A stretch of DNA of 26,612 nt, taken from Acutalibacteraceae bacterium. Its GTDB lineage: Bacteria; Bacillota; Clostridia; Oscillospirales; Acutalibacteraceae. Position 1 is the first letter of the stretch. Each line of letters starts with the position of its first letter. The stretch spans positions 1-26,612 of the forward strand of contig JAZLAD010000155.1 of the NCBI GenBank assembly GCA_045613005.1, read 5' to 3'. The notes beneath the pieces were generated by a model. It ran no database searches. It was not told where the DNA came from and worked only from the letters and a program-made list of their open reading frames with translations. A program made the translations under genes and the position numbers. This document shows, in pieces, positions 25,382-26,612 of this stretch.

Positions 25382-26173
25382 TTAAAAATTGCGTGTATTT
25401 TCTTGAGTCAGGTTTAAATTATATCCTGTAACCGAGTAGCGTGCATGAACCGTTAAGGCGCACAAGAAATATGGCAGGGTAAAAATAATCGGTACTACGA
25501 AAAGGCTAAGCAACAGGTATCCTAAAAAGCTGAATATCAGTGACCACAGCTCACCCGACGAGCGACGCGCTATTACACTTGCCATGTGAATAGCCTCGTC
25601 AACCGACATATCGTCGTTAGCCACCAAAAGAAATGGCGCCAGGTAGTAGCGAAGCATTAAAACAAATATTGCAAGGGCTGCCATACCTATTAAGAATGAT
25701 AAAAGTGCACCGAGGCTTTCACTCCAAAGCGGTATATCGACGTTTAAAAGGTCAAAAAAGAAATCGCTGGTAATAAGCTTTACTATACCTGCGGGTATAA
25801 AGCATAATACCGAATAGAAAATAAATCTTGCCAAAAGGTCAAGAATCAGTCTCATCGCCCTTTTGTAGGCTTTAAAGCAGGAAAAGTAAATAAATATTTC
25901 CTGAACACCCAGTACGTTTTCAAAAACAAGGTTTTTGAAAAATCTTATAAGCCCTAAAAAAAGCGGACAAACAAGAAATAGATTCAATAAAAGCCAAAGG
26001 ATAAAAACTATATTATCTTTAAGAATTGATGAAAGTAAGGAGGTGGCGAATGATATAATTATGATTGGCAGAATAAAGACAATAGTAGACGTACAGGCAA
26101 TTAGCCAACGTCCTTTAAGTGCCGCCTTTGCGGAGCTTTTTACAGCCTTAGACGGTATTGCCACTTTTTTCAC
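25382..26173 (-). CDS. DUF975-family membrane protein
   Basis: 263 aa; K..AKAALKGRW start, multiple TMs, LRYYLAPFLL.......EAI..AS. Confidence 0.75.
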   Translation of the reverse strand: MKKVAIPSKAVKSSAKAALKGRWLIACTSTIVFILPIIIISFATSLLSSILKDNIVFILWLLLNLFLVCPLFLGLIRFFKNLVFENVLGVQEIFIYFSCFKAYKRAMRLILDLLARFIFYSVLCFIPAGIVKLITSDFFFDLLNVDIPLWSESLGALLSFLIGMAALAIFVLMLRYYLAPFLLVANDDMSVDEAIHMASVIARRSSGELWSLIFSFLGYLLLSLFVVPIIFTLPYFLCALTVHARYSVTGYNLNLTQENTRNF

Positions 26174-26185
26174 TCCTTTTAAATA

Positions 26186-26612
26186 TTAAAGTGTTTTAAG
26201 CTTGGCAAAGTTTGCCATAAGCTTTTTTGTGCCTGTATTTTCAAATGCAATTTCGAGCAAGGTATCACTGCCCATTGGGGTTGCCTTTATTATCATTCCC
26301 TTGCCGAAGGTGTTATGAACAACAGTTTGTCCTGCTACAAAGCTGCAGGAATTGGATTTTGGTTTAGAAAAGGAACTGTTACCAAACGACGTCGGCGCAC
26401 TTCTTTGAAGCTTTGGCGCAAAGTCGTTATTAGCATAACTATTACTGCTCTTTTGGTGAGAAGCAAAGAAACCGCCTCTTGTATCGGAAGTATCGTTTCG
26501 GTATTTAATCGGTATTTCGTTTAGGAAGCGTGACGGCGCATTTCTTGTTGTAGAGCCGTAGAGCATACGCGAAGAGGTGGTTGTAATGGTAAGCTTTTGC
26601 TTTGCTCTTGTC
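26186..26612 (-). CDS. pcrA: PcrA/UvrD helicase, 3' part (runs off the window)
   Basis: The frame continues to the window edge as TRAKQKLTITTTSSRMLYG...SRFLNEIP (motif VI), followed by the C-terminal Tudor-like V.H..FG.G.I...LEIAF...GTKKLMANFAKL. Confidence 0.88.
   Translation of the reverse strand, partial: TRAKQKLTITTTSSRMLYGSTTRNAPSRFLNEIPIKYRNDTSDTRGGFFASHQKSSNSYANNDFAPKLQRSAPTSFGNSSFSKPKSNSCSFVAGQTVVHNTFGKGMIIKATPMGSDTLLEIAFENTGTKKLMANFAKLKTL

Noticed and set aside
1036-26524. The many short antisense or alternate-frame ORFs in the track (e.g. 1983-2384, 13256-13579, 17500-17940, 22307-22762)
   Set aside because: They overlap well-supported genes and show no recognisable motifs or SD sequences; treated as shadow ORFs.
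1-26612. CRISPR array, tRNA/rRNA genes, IS transposase, known riboswitch
   Set aside because: No regularly spaced repeat-spacer array, RNA gene signature or transposase ORF was seen.

Overview
Chromosomal window from a low-GC Gram-positive bacterium; the gene set is typical of Clostridia, and an Oscillospiraceae-like gut lineage is my inference. Left to right: a foreign-looking protein with a C-terminal SMI1/KNR4 (SUKH) domain; a divergent AraC plus PIG-L deacetylase / NagB-like / PfkB amino-sugar operon; an LtaS-like sulfatase-NUDIX-LOG operon; a CAP-domain lipoprotein; a small XRE/SLOG cassette with tandem operators; and DUF2975-ACT-UPF0210. Then comes the main finding, an intact, tightly coupled podovirus-type head module (13196-20823): TerS, TerL, an unannotated 50-aa membrane protein, scaffold, a major capsid protein fused to an Ig-like domain, portal, adaptor and nozzle. 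It is followed by a GHL10/DigH-like lipoprotein and a bidirectional terminator. No integrase, replication, repressor, tail fibre, ejection protein or att repeat is visible, and housekeeping genes flank it. This makes it a candidate domesticated GTA-like particle system. The right end holds two tandem RlmD paralogs (one fused to ASCH), DUF5412, DUF975 and the 3' end of pcrA. All family assignments come from motif recognition by eye; no database searches were run.
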